Source of the DNA: an uncultured Alphaproteobacteria bacterium
GTDB lineage: Bacteria > Pseudomonadota > Alphaproteobacteria > RF32 > CAG-239
Assembly (NCBI GenBank): GCA_947588275.1
Contig: CANPYJ010000005.1
Span: 1 to 54,411 of the forward strand
Direction of reading: 5' to 3'
DNA: 54,411 nucleotides
This document shows positions 36,945 through 47,189 of this stretch, in pieces. How positions within the stretch are numbered: position 1 is the first letter of the stretch; the number at the start of each line of letters is the position of its first letter. Both the position numbers and the translations under genes were made by a program. The notes beneath the pieces were generated by a model. The model did not search any database and had not been told where the DNA came from. It was given only the letters and a program-made list of their open reading frames with translations.

Positions 36945-36998
36945 CCTGATTTAAACCCATGAATCCCAAAGCCCTCCTGCAACGGATGGCTTTGGTTG

Positions 36999-38213
36999 TT
37001 ATGAGAATTTTTCTAAAACGGCAATAAAGAATCCGTCGGTATCAGAGACAAGCGGCGATAAACGCAGCATTTGCGGATCGGCGCAGGGGTAAGGAGCGGC
37101 AATTTTTTGCGTCCACAGTTCCCGCAAATCGAGCAGCCGAAAGTTCGGCGCGCGTCTCAAAAAAGCATTGATGTTGTCTTCATTTTCACATTTGAGAATC
37201 GAGCAGGTAATGTAGACAATGCGGCCTCCGGTTTTGGTTTTGGCCGCGGCTGTGTCCAAAAGAGCACTTTGCGTGCGCACAAGGTTGTCAAGACGTTGCG
37301 GAGTGAGGCGAAACTTGGCATCGGGAGCACGGCGCCAGGTGCCGGTGCCGGAGCAGGGAGCGTCTAAGATAAATCGATCAAAGCCGGTGTCGCTGTCGGC
37401 CACAATGTCCGTCAGCTCAATGTTTTTGACTCCAAGACGGGCCATCCGCGGTTTGATGGCTTCCAGACGGCGGAAATTGACATCGTGCGCCAAAATGTGT
37501 CCCTGATTGTGCAAAATGTCAGACAGGGCCAGACTCTTGCCGCCGGCGCCGCAGCAATAATCGATAATCTTGTGGTTCGGGCGCACGTCGGCCAAAACAG
37601 CCGCCAGCTGAGAGGCTTCGTCCTGAACTTCAAACCAGCCCTCGCGATAGGCAGCGCAATTGCCGAGTACAAGACGGGAAGGACAACGAAAACCGCAAGG
37701 CGCATACGGCGTCGGGGCGGCGTCAATCCCTTCGGCAGACAATCTTTGAATCACCTCTTCACGAGCATGTCCGTGGGCGCGGAAATCTGCCTCGGCCGGA
37801 CGATTGAGCGCCTTGCAAAATTCCATGTCGTTGATTTGCGCATAAATCCACTCCGGACATTCCGCTTCTGCCCATTGAGGATACGGTTCATCTTTGTCTT
37901 TCCTCAGGGCGGCTTGTTCTTCCGCGGTGAGCGGCGCCAAAGTATAAGGCGAACCGTCAAAGACTTCGTCCAGACGCTCTCTTAAATACCACAAAAGCAG
38001 ACGGCGCGGGTTTTTGCTGCCGGCATCAAATTCCAACTTGAGGCGATTGCGTATTATCTGCCACGTGAGATCAGTGATAAACCGGCGGTCTTTGGCGCCG
38101 ATGTATTTGCGGTTGCGCAGATAAGCGCCGATGATGCCGTCGGCCGGAATTTCGTCTTTGAAGATTTCTTCCAGCAGCTCCAATACTGCCGAAAAACGCG
38201 CGCCGCTCTGCAT
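36999..38213 (-). CDS. RsmB/NOP family RNA m5C methyltransferase
   Basis: VQDEASQL, DYCCGAGGK, DAPCSGTG and YITCS motifs. Confidence 0.92.
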   Translation of the reverse strand: MQSGARFSAVLELLEEIFKDEIPADGIIGAYLRNRKYIGAKDRRFITDLTWQIIRNRLKLEFDAGSKNPRRLLLWYLRERLDEVFDGSPYTLAPLTAEEQAALRKDKDEPYPQWAEAECPEWIYAQINDMEFCKALNRPAEADFRAHGHAREEVIQRLSAEGIDAAPTPYAPCGFRCPSRLVLGNCAAYREGWFEVQDEASQLAAVLADVRPNHKIIDYCCGAGGKSLALSDILHNQGHILAHDVNFRRLEAIKPRMARLGVKNIELTDIVADSDTGFDRFILDAPCSGTGTWRRAPDAKFRLTPQRLDNLVRTQSALLDTAAAKTKTGGRIVYITCSILKCENEDNINAFLRRAPNFRLLDLRELWTQKIAAPYPCADPQMLRLSPLVSDTDGFFIAVLEKFS

Positions 38214-38911
38214 TATCCGAGTTCCTTTTTGAAACCGCGGCAAACCAGATAAATCTCCGGTGACGAGGTGCGGCTGGAATCGGGTTTGAAATGTTCTACC
38301 TGTTTGAAATTGCGTTTGGCATCCGCCAGCAGACTGCTCTCGGCACCGCCTTGAAAAACTTTGGCAATAAAAATGCCGTCGGGGGCCAAGACTTCTTTGG
38401 CAAAGTCATAGGCCGCCTCGACTAACCCGATGGTGCGCAGGTGGTCTGTCTGCCGGTGGCCGGTGGTGTTGGCGGCCATATCGCTCATGACGATGTCAGC
38501 TTCGCCGCTCAAAAGCCGCTTTAGGGTTTCCGGCGCTTCGGGCAGGGTGAAATCCTGACAAATCAGGATGGCGCCTTCAATCGGTTTGGTCTCTAAAATG
38601 TCAATGCCAATCACGCGGCCGCTGCCTTTGTTGCGGCAGACGGCAATCTGCGTCCAGCCGCCGGGGGCACAGCCAAGGTCAACAATGGTTTTGCCTTTGC
38701 CCAAGAATTTGTATTTTTCATCCAGTTGAATCAGCTTGAAAGCGGCACGTGAACGATAGCCCAGCCGTTTGGCTTCGGCTACGTAGGGGTCATTGAGTTG
38801 TCGCTCCAGCCATTGGTTGGACGATTTTTTGCGGTATTTTGAAGTTTTGACGCGCACCGTCAGTTGGTGGCGGCCGGTAATGCTTCGGGCAGATTGAGTC
38901 AGTTTTTTCAT
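38213..38911 (-). CDS. rlmE: 23S rRNA U2552 2'-O-methyltransferase
   Basis: WLERQLNDPYV, YRSRAAFKL, DLGCAPGGW and SDMA. Confidence 0.95.
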   Translation of the reverse strand: MKKLTQSARSITGRHQLTVRVKTSKYRKKSSNQWLERQLNDPYVAEAKRLGYRSRAAFKLIQLDEKYKFLGKGKTIVDLGCAPGGWTQIAVCRNKGSGRVIGIDILETKPIEGAILICQDFTLPEAPETLKRLLSGEADIVMSDMAANTTGHRQTDHLRTIGLVEAAYDFAKEVLAPDGIFIAKVFQGGAESSLLADAKRNFKQVEHFKPDSSRTSSPEIYLVCRGFKKELG

Positions 38912-39852
38912 GCCGCTTTGTCTTTTTCTATCAGTTCGGCGACAATGCCGTCTTTGGCACTTTTAAGAGAGGCCAGTATTTTGTCGGCGCCCAAGCGTTC
39001 ATAAATTGTCTGAAAAATAACGCAGGCGGCAATAAATATATAGGAGCGCTTATCGCCGATATATGAGTTGTCGGCCATTTCGGCGCGCGTGGAGTGAAAA
39101 ATTGAATCAATGGCTGCATCCATCTCGGCTTTGGTCATAGTCATTCCGTCAGCACGGTCGCGATCGTAGGTCTCAAAATTGTTGATTATGGAAACCAAAC
39201 GCAGCGGAGTGCTGGAAGTGGCAACAAAACAAACGTCATCGCGGTAGGTGTCAAGATAAGACTTCTTGACAAAGCTTTCGGTGCGGGCTCCGATATCCTG
39301 CCGCAAACGAGCGGCATTATCCGCATTATACTCCACCAAATTGAAAGCTTCCGAGGCATTGCGCGCTCCCCAAGGGATGGATATGGTGTGCAAAATGTGC
39401 GGATTGGCGGTGTTGGTGGCCAGAGTTATTTCAGTGGAGCCGCCGCCCAAGTCATAAACCACCACATACTTGGTTTGGCCGCAGACATGAGACAAAGCGC
39501 CTTTGAGATTGAGACGGGCTTCTTCAAAGCCGTCAATAACTTCTATTTTGATGCGGGATTCATTCCAGACTCTTTTTATGAACTCCTCGCTGTTGCCGGC
39601 CATTCGGCAGGCCGCGGTGGCTATGGCACGGGTTTTGACCACATTGTATTTGTCAATCAGCTGCCGAAAATTGAAAAAGCATTCGATGCCGCGTTCCATG
39701 GCCTGTGGCGTGAACAATCCGGACTTGTACAATTCTTCGCCCAAACGGGTAGAAACGGTTTCTTTGCACAGTTCCTTGCCGGTCGCGTCACATATCAGCA
39801 AACGGCATGAATTTGTTCCGAGGTCGATGGCGGCATAGCATTTTTCAGTCAT
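38908..39852 (-). CDS. Ppx/GppA family phosphatase (divergent paralog)
   Basis: AIDLGTNSCRL, ATAACR, EEARL and DLGGGSTE. Confidence 0.88.
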   Translation of the reverse strand: MTEKCYAAIDLGTNSCRLLICDATGKELCKETVSTRLGEELYKSGLFTPQAMERGIECFFNFRQLIDKYNVVKTRAIATAACRMAGNSEEFIKRVWNESRIKIEVIDGFEEARLNLKGALSHVCGQTKYVVVYDLGGGSTEITLATNTANPHILHTISIPWGARNASEAFNLVEYNADNAARLRQDIGARTESFVKKSYLDTYRDDVCFVATSSTPLRLVSIINNFETYDRDRADGMTMTKAEMDAAIDSIFHSTRAEMADNSYIGDKRSYIFIAACVIFQTIYERLGADKILASLKSAKDGIVAELIEKDKAA

Positions 39853-40969
39853 TGGCGGCTCCCGATAAAGATTGGTTGGAATTACTGCCACGATTGCGGG
39901 CATAGAAATAATGCGGACGGCGGCGCTTGCGGCCGTGACTGCGAAAATGTTTGGCAGAATGCATCATGTCCAACAAAATGCCTTCGCGAATACCACGGTC
40001 GGCAACCGTAATTTCGCTAATCGGCCAAAATGACGCCAAAGCCTCTATAATGGCACAGCCGGCCATGGTCAAATCGGCCTTGGAAGCGCCGATGCAGGGG
40101 TGCTTTTTGCGCCCTTCGTCACCAATGCGCTTAATTTTGCTGATTGTGCGCTCCAAATCCTGCTTGCTCATAGCCAGACCGTCTACGGCCGAGCGGTTGT
40201 ATCGCGGCAGATTGAGGTGTATGGCGCCGAGTACGGTGACGGTTCCGGACGTTCCGATAATCTGAATTTCCTGTTTGGCGATGGCTTCGCGGATATGATG
40301 CTTTTCTTCAAATTCAGCCAATATTTTGTGCGTACGTTCAATAATGGTGTCATAAGCCAAATCAGTCATCTCGCGCGAGGGAAAGGCTTCGGAAATCGTA
40401 ACTACGCCATAAGGCAGCGAAACATAGCCTTCAATAAACGTGTTGCCGCGGTTGGTGGTGCGCGCCAAAGAAATTTCGGTGGAGCCACCGCCGATGTCAA
40501 AGATGAGGGCCCGACGGATATTGCGTGCCAAAAGCGGAATGCAGCCGACTACCGCCAGACGGGATTCTTCTTGCGAAGAAATGGTTTCAATCGACAGCCC
40601 TGTTTCTTTTTTTACCTGTTCCAAAAACTGCCGGCAGTTTACGGCGCGACGGCAGGCGGCCGTAGCCACAAAGCGCGAACGGTATATTGGCGCATATTCG
40701 GCCAAGATGCCGGAACAAACTTTGAGCGCCGCTATGGTGCGCTTGATGGCGGGTTTGGTGAGTTCGTTATTGTTGATGATGCCCTCGCCAAGGCGGGTGA
40801 TTTTGGAAAAGGTCTCGACAATCCGAAACGATGACGGCGTCGGCGTGGCGATGACCAGACGGCAAGAGTTGGTTCCCAGGTCTATAGCCGCATAATTAGC
40901 TCGCGCAGTATCATCTTCTGCGTGTTTAAACGGCAGTTTAACCGGCATTTTTTGCGGCCACTTTGACAT
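39845..40969 (-). CDS. Ppx/GppA family exopolyphosphatase
   Basis: AIDLGTNSCRL, EESRL, DIGGGSTE and GIREG; exact start uncertain (40969 or 40978). Confidence 0.9.
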   Translation of the reverse strand: MSKWPQKMPVKLPFKHAEDDTARANYAAIDLGTNSCRLVIATPTPSSFRIVETFSKITRLGEGIINNNELTKPAIKRTIAALKVCSGILAEYAPIYRSRFVATAACRRAVNCRQFLEQVKKETGLSIETISSQEESRLAVVGCIPLLARNIRRALIFDIGGGSTEISLARTTNRGNTFIEGYVSLPYGVVTISEAFPSREMTDLAYDTIIERTHKILAEFEEKHHIREAIAKQEIQIIGTSGTVTVLGAIHLNLPRYNRSAVDGLAMSKQDLERTISKIKRIGDEGRKKHPCIGASKADLTMAGCAIIEALASFWPISEITVADRGIREGILLDMMHSAKHFRSHGRKRRRPHYFYARNRGSNSNQSLSGAAND

Positions 40970-41064
40970 TCTCAGCAATTCAATTCTTCAGTAATTTTCT
41001 TAAACTTATACATTATATAACTCAGATTTGCATTCGGTACAATCTTTTTTTGCATCGGACAAAG

Positions 41065-41092
41065 AAAAAACCGGAAATCGCTTTCCGGTTTT
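41065..41092 (-). terminator. Terminator of pta-ackA
   Basis: aaaaaa-ccggaaa-tcgc-tttccgg-tttt. Confidence 0.75.
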
Positions 41093-41111
41093 AGGTTCTT
41101 TAAAGCAAAAA

Positions 41112-42290
41112 TTACTTGCTTAAACGCACGGTGTCTTGCGCGATGACCAACTCTTCGTCGGTCGGAATCACGAAAGCGCGGACTTTGGAACCGAGTTTGG
41201 TGATTTCAACCGCGGCACCGCGTTTGGCATTGGCCTCTTCGTCAAGTTCCAGACCGAGCCAACGCAGGCGATCCAATACCATTTTGCGGATAATCGGTGA
41301 GTTTTCGCCGATGCCGGCCGTGAAGACAATGGCATCAACGCCACCCAGCACCGCAATATAGCTGCCGATAAACTTGACCAAAGTGTACGCATATGTTTGC
41401 AAAGCTTCAATCGCGCGTTGGTCGCCGGCCAAATATTGTGCCTCGACGTCACGCATGTCGCTGTAGCCCGAAAGCCCGAGCATGCCGCTTTGCTTGTTGA
41501 GCAGAGTGTTGACCTCGTCAACCGTTTTGTTCTGATATTTCATGATGTGTAGCGGAATATAGGGGTCAATGTCGCCGCAACGGGTTCCCATGATGACGCC
41601 GGCCAAAGGCGTGAAGCCCATGGAGGTATCTTTGCATTGGCCGTTTTCGACGGCTGAAATAGAAGCCCCGTTGCCTAAGTGACAGGTAATAATTTTGCCT
41701 TGTTTGCCGATGAGCTTGGCGCATTCTTTGGCAACATACCAGTGTGAGGTGCCGTGCATGCCGTAGCGGCGGATTTGGTGCTTGGTATATTGTTCAAGCG
41801 GCAGGCCGTAGAGAAAAGCTTCTTTGGGCATGGTTTGATGAAAAGCCGTGTCGAAGGCCGCCACCTGCGGAACGTTCGGCAAAGCCTTTTGTACTGCGCG
41901 CAGACCCAAAACGGCTGCCGGATTGTGCAAAGGCGCCAGCTGTGACATCTCGTCAATTTCTTCAATGACTTTTTCGCTTACCAATACCGATGACTTGAAC
42001 TTTTCTCCGCCGTGGACGACACGATGTCCTACCGCCGAAATTTCGTCAAGACTTTTGATGGCGCCGGCCAAAAGCAAGTTGAAGACTTCGCGCAAAGCCT
42101 CGTTGTGTGAGGGCAGGTCAATGTTGACGCTTTTTTTGTCGCCGTTCTGGTATTTGATGCTGACGACAGAGCCGCTGATGCCGATGCGTTCGGCCAGTCC
42201 TTTGGCCACAACTTTATAAGTTTCTCCCATAACGTCAAAAAGCTGATATTTGAGGGAAGACGAACCAGAGTTCAGTACAAGAATTTTCAT
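41112..42290 (-). CDS. ackA: Acetate kinase
   Basis: LNSGSSSLKY, GHRVVHGG, DTAFHQT, HLGNGAS and PTDEE. Confidence 0.97.
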   Translation of the reverse strand: MKILVLNSGSSSLKYQLFDVMGETYKVVAKGLAERIGISGSVVSIKYQNGDKKSVNIDLPSHNEALREVFNLLLAGAIKSLDEISAVGHRVVHGGEKFKSSVLVSEKVIEEIDEMSQLAPLHNPAAVLGLRAVQKALPNVPQVAAFDTAFHQTMPKEAFLYGLPLEQYTKHQIRRYGMHGTSHWYVAKECAKLIGKQGKIITCHLGNGASISAVENGQCKDTSMGFTPLAGVIMGTRCGDIDPYIPLHIMKYQNKTVDEVNTLLNKQSGMLGLSGYSDMRDVEAQYLAGDQRAIEALQTYAYTLVKFIGSYIAVLGGVDAIVFTAGIGENSPIIRKMVLDRLRWLGLELDEEANAKRGAAVEITKLGSKVRAFVIPTDEELVIAQDTVRLSK

Positions 42291-42303
42291 GATTTAGCTG
42301 TCC

Positions 42304-43311
42304 TTAATTTTGAGTTTGTAAAACCGTAATGGCAATCAGTCCGACAATGTCTTCCGCCGAGCAGCCGCGCGAAAGGTCGTTGATCGGAGCGTTCAGACCT
42401 TGCAGCATGGGCCCGTACATCTCGGCGCCGCCCAATCGCTGCAGGAGCTTATAGCCGATGTTGCCGGCTTCAATGTTGGGAAAGACAAGAGTATTGGCCG
42501 AACCGGCAACCTTGGACGCCGGCGCTTTTTTGCGCGCCACCACCGAATCCAACGCGGCGTCGGCTTGCAGCTCGCCGTCAAGAGCAATCGGCAGATTAGC
42601 GTATTCTGGTGTTTTCAGGATTTCTTTGGCCAGACGAGTGGCTTCGCAGACTTTGTCCACGGCTTCGCCTTTGCCGGAGCCGTATGTCGAATAAGACAGC
42701 ATGGCAATTCTCGGTTTGTCGCCAAACTGGATGACGCTTTCGGCGCTGCTGACGGCAATGTCGGCCAGTTCTTTGGCCGAAGGGGCAATATTGATGGCGC
42801 AATCAGCCAGATAATAGGTTTGTCCGGCCATGGAACGCATGATGAACATTGACGAAACGACTCGTTCAGGATGCTTTGATTTGATAATTTGCAGAGCCGG
42901 ACGAACCGTGTCGGCAGTGGAGTGGTTGGCGCCCGAAACCATGCCGTCGGCATCGCCGGACTTTATCATCAGGGTGCCGAAATAGTTGGCATTGAGGGCG
43001 GTTTTGGCCGCTTCTTCTTCGGTCATGCCTTTTGCTTTGCGCAGGTTGTACAAAAGGTCGGTATAAGCCGAAAGCTTGGGCGATTTGGCAGGGTTAATCA
43101 AAACAATGCCGTCCATGCCCCAATTGTGAGAAGCAAAAGAGCTGCGAATTGAATTCTCATCGCCCAAAATGATGATTTTGGCGATATGCTGTTCTGCCGC
43201 AATGTGGGCGGCCTCAAGCACGCGCTCGTCTTCGCCTTCGGGCAAAACAATGGTTTTGCCGAGCTTTTGCGCTTTGGCAATAAGTTCTTGAATATACGGA
43301 CTGATTTTCAT
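42304..43311 (-). CDS. pta: Phosphate acetyltransferase
   Basis: IVLPEG, DGELQADAA, GNIGYKL and NDLSRG. Confidence 0.95.
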   Translation of the reverse strand: MKISPYIQELIAKAQKLGKTIVLPEGEDERVLEAAHIAAEQHIAKIIILGDENSIRSSFASHNWGMDGIVLINPAKSPKLSAYTDLLYNLRKAKGMTEEEAAKTALNANYFGTLMIKSGDADGMVSGANHSTADTVRPALQIIKSKHPERVVSSMFIMRSMAGQTYYLADCAINIAPSAKELADIAVSSAESVIQFGDKPRIAMLSYSTYGSGKGEAVDKVCEATRLAKEILKTPEYANLPIALDGELQADAALDSVVARKKAPASKVAGSANTLVFPNIEAGNIGYKLLQRLGGAEMYGPMLQGLNAPINDLSRGCSAEDIVGLIAITVLQTQN

Positions 43312-43448
43312 AACTTTCCTTTCAAATGATTGGTTTTGATTAATCTTTATACCCTTTATATTCAAAAGTCAAAATATCTTTTGATTATTTGCAGAAAGTA
43401 TTATATGTTGAATGTTATCCGTTAACCCTTATCCGAAGGAGGCCTGAA

Positions 43449-43865
43449 ATGGAGCGCACTTTGTCGATTATCAAACCGGATGCCGTCAATCGGCAGATTA
43501 CCGGAAAAATCAACGCAATGATTGAAGACGCGGGGTTGAAAATCGTGGCGCAAAAACTGATCAGGCTGACATCGGCGCAGGCAGAAGAGTTTTATGCCGA
43601 GCATAAAGACAAGCCCTTTTTCTCCGGATTGGTCGAGTTTATGTGTTCGGCACCGGTAGTCGTGCAGGTGCTGCAGGGCGAAAACGCGGTGGCGCGTTAT
43701 CACAAAATTATGGGCGCAATCAATCCGGATGTGGCTGAGGAAGGAACTATCCGCAAGACGTATGCGCTTTCCATCAATTGCAATTCCGTGCACGGATCTG
43801 ATTCGGTCGAAAGCGCCGCAAAGGAAATAAATTTCTTTTTCAGTAAATTGGATATCTGTGAGTAG
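43449..43865 (+). CDS. ndk: Nucleoside diphosphate kinase
   Basis: [11 protein letters not shown] and NSVHGSDS. Confidence 0.96.
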   Translation: MERTLSIIKPDAVNRQITGKINAMIEDAGLKIVAQKLIRLTSAQAEEFYAEHKDKPFFSGLVEFMCSAPVVVQVLQGENAVARYHKIMGAINPDVAEEGTIRKTYALSINCNSVHGSDSVESAAKEINFFFSKLDICE

Positions 43866-44924
43866 GTGTGGAAAGTGCTAAAAAATTTCTGTGTTGTCTT
43901 ATTGTTGTTGCTTGTTTCAAGCAGTTGGGCGCAAGCGGCCGACGAACGCTTTGCGGTGGAAATCAACGTTGATGTGACCGATGCCAATGCCGCGGCGGCG
44001 CGTCAGCGGGCTATGAACGAGGCTAACCGTGCGGCCGTGGCGGCGGTGGCGCGGCGAATCACCACGCAGGCCGGCGCCGAAAAACTGGCGGCCATGACTG
44101 ACGAACAACTGGTTAACTTTATCAAAGAAGTTTCCGTGATTGATGAAAAACGTTCGTCGGTTCGCTATATGGCCAGTTTGCGCGTGGTCTTAAATGAGGA
44201 CATTTTGGTCGAATACATGAAAGAGCGCAATATACCGGTGATGGCGCAGTCGGGCGGCCAAATACTGGTGGTGCCGATATTCCGCGAGTTTAGTTCGGAT
44301 GCGCCGCTGTTGTGGGAGAGCGCCAATATGTGGAAACAGGCCTGGGATCAGGCGCCTCAGACCGGTTCGGTCAGACTGGTGTCGCTGCCGGCCACCGGTG
44401 ACAACTATGCGGCGATGGACGCTCATAAGGCCATGACCATGGACAGCGCGGCGCTTGACAGGCTTATGCGTCTGAACAACGCCGAAGATGTCTATGTGCT
44501 GGATGCGGTATATGACGGTATAGACGGTTTGCTGGTGCATGCGGTGTCTTCCAGCGGCGACAATCGTACGATTAAGGTGGCCGGAGCCCGAAGTTCGGGG
44601 ATGGAACTGTTTGCCAAAGCGGTGGAGGAAGTGCGCGCTGAACTCGAAAACCGGATTATGCAGCAAAACATTACCGAATCCGCACAGGAAGACGCGATCG
44701 TGTCTATTTATGAATTTGCGCGGCTTCAGGATTGGGTGGCCGTTGAAAAAGCCATAAAAACGCTGCCGAATGTCAAACATCTTGACGTTCAGGCGCTGGG
44801 AGCCGGACAAGTGCAGTTTAAGCTTTTTTACGGCGGATCGTTTGATAAATTGCAGCAGGCTTTGCACGGACGGTCATTGCGGTTGGTTGAACAAGACAAC
44901 TTTTATACTCTGGAAAAATACTAG
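43866..44924 (+). CDS. DUF2066 family exported protein
   Basis: Signal peptide; VDVTDANAAAARQRAM and W..AW motifs; precedes an AI-2E gene as in other Alphaproteobacteria. Confidence 0.65.
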   Translation: MWKVLKNFCVVLLLLLVSSSWAQAADERFAVEINVDVTDANAAAARQRAMNEANRAAVAAVARRITTQAGAEKLAAMTDEQLVNFIKEVSVIDEKRSSVRYMASLRVVLNEDILVEYMKERNIPVMAQSGGQILVVPIFREFSSDAPLLWESANMWKQAWDQAPQTGSVRLVSLPATGDNYAAMDAHKAMTMDSAALDRLMRLNNAEDVYVLDAVYDGIDGLLVHAVSSSGDNRTIKVAGARSSGMELFAKAVEEVRAELENRIMQQNITESAQEDAIVSIYEFARLQDWVAVEKAIKTLPNVKHLDVQALGAGQVQFKLFYGGSFDKLQQALHGRSLRLVEQDNFYTLEKY

Positions 44925-44934
44925 GAGACACTCT

Positions 44935-45996
44935 ATGACTGCAGCCCTCAAGACAAACCGCAACTGGACGATTTGGTTGGGTCTGTTTGTGCTTTTTGCC
45001 GCGGCGATATATGTGCTGCGCTCGGTTCTGATGCCTTTTGCGGCCGGCATTATTATCGGTTATCTGCTCGATCCGTGGGCTTCAAAGTTTGAAAAATGGG
45101 GACTGAATCGAACTTGGGCCACGATTTTGACCATGTTTTTGCTGGTGATGGTGTTGGTTCCGGCGCTGATGGCGCTGGTCGGCATCATCGACAGTCAGCT
45201 GGGACATTTTTTAAATGTGCTGCCGCAGTATCTGGCTTCGTTTGCCAAAAAAATCGAGCCGGTTTTGGCCGGCGCACAGGAGCGGTTTCCGATGTTGGAA
45301 GCCGATAAAATCCGCGAAGCTCTGCGAGCCAATGCCGGCAATACGTTGCGAGTGGCCGGAAAACTGTTGCGGCGTTTGGTCAGCGGCGGGTTTGCGGTGG
45401 TCAACGTCGTCTCGCTGCTGATGATTACGCCGGTGGTTGCTTTTTATATGTTGCGCGATTGGGATAAATTTGTACATAAAGTTGATGGGTTGCTGCCGAA
45501 ATCGTCTAAAAAGTCAATCGAAAAACAGGCCAAAGAAATTGACCGTATTTTGTCATCGTTTATTCGCGGGCAGCTTTCAGTCTGCGTGCTGTTGGGTTCA
45601 TTTTATGCTCTGGGTCTTTATTTTGTCGGGCTGGATTTGGGAATCTTGGTCGGATTTATGGCCGGCATTATTTCGTTTATTCCGTATGTCGGAACGATTT
45701 TCGGTTTTATCGTCAGTATGGCGATTGCGTTTGCACAGTTTGATACTCTGGGACCGGTGCTGCAGGTGGTCGGCGTGTTTTTGGTCGGACAGTTTATCGA
45801 AGGCAATTTCCTGACGCCGAATTTGGTCGGCGATTCGGTCGGGCTGCATCCGGTCTGGATTATGTTTGCTCTGCTGGCCGGCGGCGTTTTGCTCGGCTTT
45901 TTGGGGCTGATGATTGCAGTTCCGGTGGCCGCCATCATCGGTGTGCTGGTTCGCCACGCAATAGAAAATTATAAAGCCAGTTCTTTGTATGAGTAG
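44935..45996 (+). CDS. AI-2E family transporter (PerM-like)
   Basis: YLLDP, FIRGQ, FIPYVG, QFIEGNFLTP..VG..VGLHP. Confidence 0.92.
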   Translation: MTAALKTNRNWTIWLGLFVLFAAAIYVLRSVLMPFAAGIIIGYLLDPWASKFEKWGLNRTWATILTMFLLVMVLVPALMALVGIIDSQLGHFLNVLPQYLASFAKKIEPVLAGAQERFPMLEADKIREALRANAGNTLRVAGKLLRRLVSGGFAVVNVVSLLMITPVVAFYMLRDWDKFVHKVDGLLPKSSKKSIEKQAKEIDRILSSFIRGQLSVCVLLGSFYALGLYFVGLDLGILVGFMAGIISFIPYVGTIFGFIVSMAIAFAQFDTLGPVLQVVGVFLVGQFIEGNFLTPNLVGDSVGLHPVWIMFALLAGGVLLGFLGLMIAVPVAAIIGVLVRHAIENYKASSLYE

Positions 45997-46037
45997 GTTT
46001 TGGGTTTTGAAAAACATTGGAAAAAAAGCCGCCGTTC

Positions 46038-46052
46038 TTAAGACTTAATTAA
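46038..46052. promoter_or_regulatory. CtrA-type box upstream of mraY
   Basis: Exact TTAA-N7-TTAA (ttaa gacttaa ttaa). Confidence 0.5.
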
Positions 46053-46100
46053 ATTTGCACTGTTATAGTCAAAACAACTATAACCTTTTGAGAGCGGAAA

Positions 46101-47177
46101 ATGCTGCATTGTCTTTTTGAATTTTGGCCGCAGGCCGGTGTCATTGACACGGTTTATGCACGCTGTTTTATGGCTTTTTTTACGGCGTTGGTTTTGGCAC
46201 TTTGTCTGGGCGGACGCTTGATTGAATGTTTGCATCGTCATCAAAAAAAGGGACAGCCCATCCGCGAAAACGGGCCACAAACTCATCTGCTGACCAAAAA
46301 AGGCACACCGACCATGGGCGGAATTTTAATTTTGGGCAGTGCGCTGGCAGCCATTTTGTTGTGTGCCGATTTGGCTAATCCTTTGGTCTGGGTGGCGGTT
46401 GCCGTGCTGGCGGTCTATGGTTTTGTGGGAGCGGTTGACGATTATACCAAAGTCACCAAACAAACGGCCAATGCCATGACGGCCAAAATGAAACTGCTGC
46501 TGCAGTTTGTTACGGCGTTAGCGGCGGTTTTGGTCATTTCGTATGAAATGCCGGCAGAAACCCGATTTGTTTTAACATTTCCGTATTTTGCCGATTTGTC
46601 TTTGGATTTGCTGTGGTTCTATGTGCCATTTGCCATGGTGGTGATTGCCGGCGCTTCAAATGCGGTCAATTTGAGTGACGGGCTTGACGGGCTGGCGTCC
46701 GGCCTGATGATTATCGCCCTGCCGGTGTTTATGCTGATTGCGTGCATCTGCGGCACGGATTGGGCGGCGGATTTTTATGTGATGCCGGTTCCTCGTGCTG
46801 CCGAAGTGGCTGTTACCTGCGCCGCGGTCATCGGCGGATGTTTGGGCTTTTTGTGGTTTAATGCCGCGCCGGCCAAAGTGTTTATGGGGGATACGGGCTC
46901 GCTGGCCTTGGGAGCTTATCTCGGCACGGTGGCCGTGATGCTAAAACATGAGATTTTGCTTGCGATTGTCGGGTTTGTTTTTGTGGCTGAAGCGTTGTCG
47001 GTGATGATACAGGTTTATTGGTTTCGGCATACCGGCGGACGGCGTTTTTTCAAAATGGCACCGCTGCATCATCATTTTGAACAATGCGGCTGGCCGGAAA
47101 CGCGCGTGGTTATACGGTTTTGGATTGTCGGAATAATTTTGGCGGTCATCGGCTTGCTGGCCATTCGTGGCAGATAA
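46101..47177 (+). CDS. mraY: Phospho-N-acetylmuramoyl-pentapeptide transferase
   Basis: KKGTPTMGG, NAVNLSDGLDGL, VFMGDTGS and APLHHHFE. Confidence 0.97.
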   Translation: MLHCLFEFWPQAGVIDTVYARCFMAFFTALVLALCLGGRLIECLHRHQKKGQPIRENGPQTHLLTKKGTPTMGGILILGSALAAILLCADLANPLVWVAVAVLAVYGFVGAVDDYTKVTKQTANAMTAKMKLLLQFVTALAAVLVISYEMPAETRFVLTFPYFADLSLDLLWFYVPFAMVVIAGASNAVNLSDGLDGLASGLMIIALPVFMLIACICGTDWAADFYVMPVPRAAEVAVTCAAVIGGCLGFLWFNAAPAKVFMGDTGSLALGAYLGTVAVMLKHEILLAIVGFVFVAEALSVMIQVYWFRHTGGRRFFKMAPLHHHFEQCGWPETRVVIRFWIVGIILAVIGLLAIRGR

Positions 47178-47189
47178 AGGGGAGGTAAA

